Source: the human T2T-CHM13v2.0 reference genome, Homo sapiens. From it: a DNA stretch of 64,000 nt. The notes beneath the pieces were generated by a model. That model had not been told where the DNA came from, ran no database searches, and saw only the letters and a list, made by a program, of their open reading frames with translations. The stretch is taken from NCBI RefSeq assembly GCF_009914755.1, contig NC_060938.1. One strand, given 5' to 3'. Made by a program: the position numbers and the translations under genes. Shown here one piece after another: positions 60,901 through 64,000 of the stretch (its first letter is position 1; every line of letters starts with the position of its first letter).

Positions 60901-61817
60901 TGCTGTATCATATTAAGATTCCACCTGGAATGTTTTTTTTACCCCTGTCTACTGAACAATTCCTTTTCATCCTTCAAGCATAGTCTTATGGTTCATTTTA
61001 TGCTTTTAGTGAATACTTCTATGATAGTCTTTCTTCTCTATTTGTCTTTCCTTCCCTGTTACTTATAGTAATTACTTTTATTACTCTCAAATCTGTATTT
61101 TAGATATTCTCGATTGTTCTCATAACTGTTTCTCTAGTGAAACTTCCTTGAGTGTGCGTATGTTGTCTGTCTTTATATATCCATGATCCAAGGTTGGGAC
61201 AGGGTACTTGGCATAAAGTAGGCTCTTAGTCCATTTTTTGAATGAATGAATGACTCTGAAAGGTAAATAATAATCAACTTTAGCATAAATGAACCTCATC
61301 ATGAGGACATAGTAGATAAAATTAAAATAGTAGTTTAGTGAATGGTATGTTATTTATGGGTGCCAAATACATTGGGAACTTTTCTTCATAGTTTTCATAC
61401 ATTATCTGTTTATAATATTCACAAGGAATCCACAAAGTAGGCATTATTATTCCCCTTTTTCAGAGACGAAAATAGGTTCAGAGATGCTAAGTAATTTGCC
61501 AAAAGCCATAGAGCTAGTAATTTGGGAACCCAATTCATGTCTTTAGGAAGTAAAATTTATCCTGCCCAGTACATTAAGTTATCTGAAGTAGTAAGAACTC
61601 AGTAAGTATTGTTTGAATGAGTACTTTTTTAATTGTAAGTACACCAATAAGTATGATAATACATCTAGTATTTATCTTAAAATTGTCTTTGGGCAGGAAA
61701 TCTTTGCCTATATATAGGTATTTATTTGTGTCTCTTCTCTTTAGAAATGTAGGAAGAGAAACGAAGTGGAATAGGGCAACTTTACTACCAGGCTGCAGTT
61801 GGACAGCGCCTGTGTTC

Positions 61818-61886
61818 TTTTTTTTTTTTTTTTTTTTTTTATTATACTTTAAGTTTTAGGGCACATGTGCACGTTGTGCAGGTTAG
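61818..61886 (-). mobile_element. Very short young L1PA 3' end with polyT
   Basis: T(~23)attatactttaagttttagggcacatgtgcacgttgtgcaggttag. Confidence 0.85.
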
Positions 61887-62521
61887 CTCCATGCTAGACA
61901 AACATTTACAATTACAAGCTAAATATCTTTTAGTATGTTCAGAAGCCATTGTATTTCTTTTTCGTTGTAAATTTGCTTGTTTAGGCCACCTGTTCATGTT
62001 TCTAATGAATAGCTTTCCTTTTCTTGTTGATTTATAAGAGTTCCTAATAATTAAGGCAGGTTAACTTTGTCTATTATAAAAGTGGCATATCTTTCTCTGA
62101 AAAAAAAAAGAAATGTAAAGTTTTCTTTACATTTTACTTTACTCTACTTTATCTTTTACTCTAGAATATAAAGATTGTGTCTTCTGTGTTATTTAGATAG
62201 CATTCTGGTTGGATAGTTTCAAACTCAGTGAAAGTAATATGTGCAAACTTTAATTCTTATACATGTAAAATTCTATAAGATTTTCCTTAAATTTATTTGA
62301 AGCTCTTTTTTTATGGTTTCTTCTTGATAATTTTGTAATATTTAGAAACAATGGTTAAATGACTACTTTAAAGATTTTCTCTTCTAATTTTAATCAGGGC
62401 TAACATATATGTCAGTTTCGAATCAAGTAAAAGACTTAGTTTGCAATAAATTAACGATTACCTGGAATGAAAAACCTGAAAAAAGGGTGGGCATTTTAGA
62501 CAGTTAAATGTCTGGACCTGA

Positions 62522-62935
<414 letters not shown>

Positions 62936-63705
62936 TAAATTGAAATGGACAAAATTGAATTTTTCTCAAAGTATTTTAGATACCTTGAAATGACTAATAT
63001 TTTAGTGATTAAGGATTATTATAACTTTTTATTTCTCAAAATATATATGAAATAATTGAATAGTGCATTCAAGTAATCTGTAGAACAAAGTTTGTATTTT
63101 ATATTTTGGTGGGAGGGAGAAACCAGTTAATTTTCCCCTCTTAACTTCAGAAAGCATACTTGTTCAAATGTTTATAGATCATTTGTATTTTTCTATACTT
63201 TAGAAAAAAATAGTTCTATATTCTCTATTTTAGGGTATTAACTCTCAAGAGAATAAAGGTTGTTTCAGAAATCAAACCATCCATATTAAAACAGATACTT
63301 AAAATGCTATTTGACAGCAGTAACTATAAAATGGGCACTTAATATGAACTCATTCATTGATTCTTAAGAACAAAGACTCTAGGTAAGATATAGCATGCAC
63401 ATATATGAGTTAGTTTTAAATGTGCAGTACACCTGGCTAGGGAAATATATAAAGGTTCTGTTTAAATCACATTGGGAATTGTGAAGTCTCAAACTACTTG
63501 GAGCTGAAAGAGAATTACACATTATACTCAAAGTGTTTATAATTCTGAAGGAGTACTTGTCTTGTATGGAAGCTTGGTTTATTTATTGAACTCAATTTAA
63601 ATAATTAATGTGAAGATTGTGTTATGGAAAGGAAAAACATTTAAAAAAGTCCCTCTTTGGCCTTTGTATTTTTGCATTGGTATTTCTCTTTTTATTTTTA
63701 TGTCA

Positions 63706-63737
63706 TATATATATATACGCACACACACACACATATG

Positions 63738-63768
<31 letters not shown>
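63706..63768. repeat. Compound dinucleotide STR (TA)n(CA)n(TA)n(GA)n
   Basis: Directly visible. Confidence 0.93.
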
Positions 63769-64000
63769 GAAAGTTTGAATTTACCTATATTAAAAGATCT
63801 TTTTTTCTCAGTGACTTTAATAACCATAATAATATTGAAGAATAATAATGCTATTATTTTTATGTCAAGGTAATAATACTTGCTATCATATATTTTCCAT
63901 ATCATTTTTGTTTTTGTCTTACTAGCTCTAGAAATGAATTTGTGCTTGTCCAGCTACTTCTTCTTTCATGGGTCTTTTTGTTGGGTTTGCATCCTGGTTC

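Overview
Human (primate) genomic DNA, repeat-rich, with no intact protein-coding gene. It is a mosaic segmental-duplication block of the pericentromeric 14q11.2/22q11.1 type; I cannot tell which paralog from sequence alone. In order it holds: two unprocessed BMS1 exons (- strand, 4426-5091), a ~2.3 kb CpG island (18500-20850), an unidentified polyadenylated 3'-UTR-like fragment (ending 22741), a TSD-bounded ~3.1 kb processed DUXA pseudogene (+, 25207-28290), and an AT-rich NBEA-derived segment. That segment has two NBEA exons (+, 51786-52017 and 57848-57974), a solo HERV-K LTR5 just upstream of the first, and a TSD-bounded TOMM40 retrocopy (-) between them. Candidate exons of the DUXAP8/9/10-type lncRNA are visible. 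The rest is L1, Alu, MaLR/ERV LTR and DNA-transposon debris. I found no convincing new biological system. The most notable items are pseudogene-disabling mutations that create splice sites, a residual single-homeodomain ORF, and several rearrangement junctions. Repeat subfamily calls and parent-gene comparisons are from memory of consensus sequences, and repeat boundaries are approximate.
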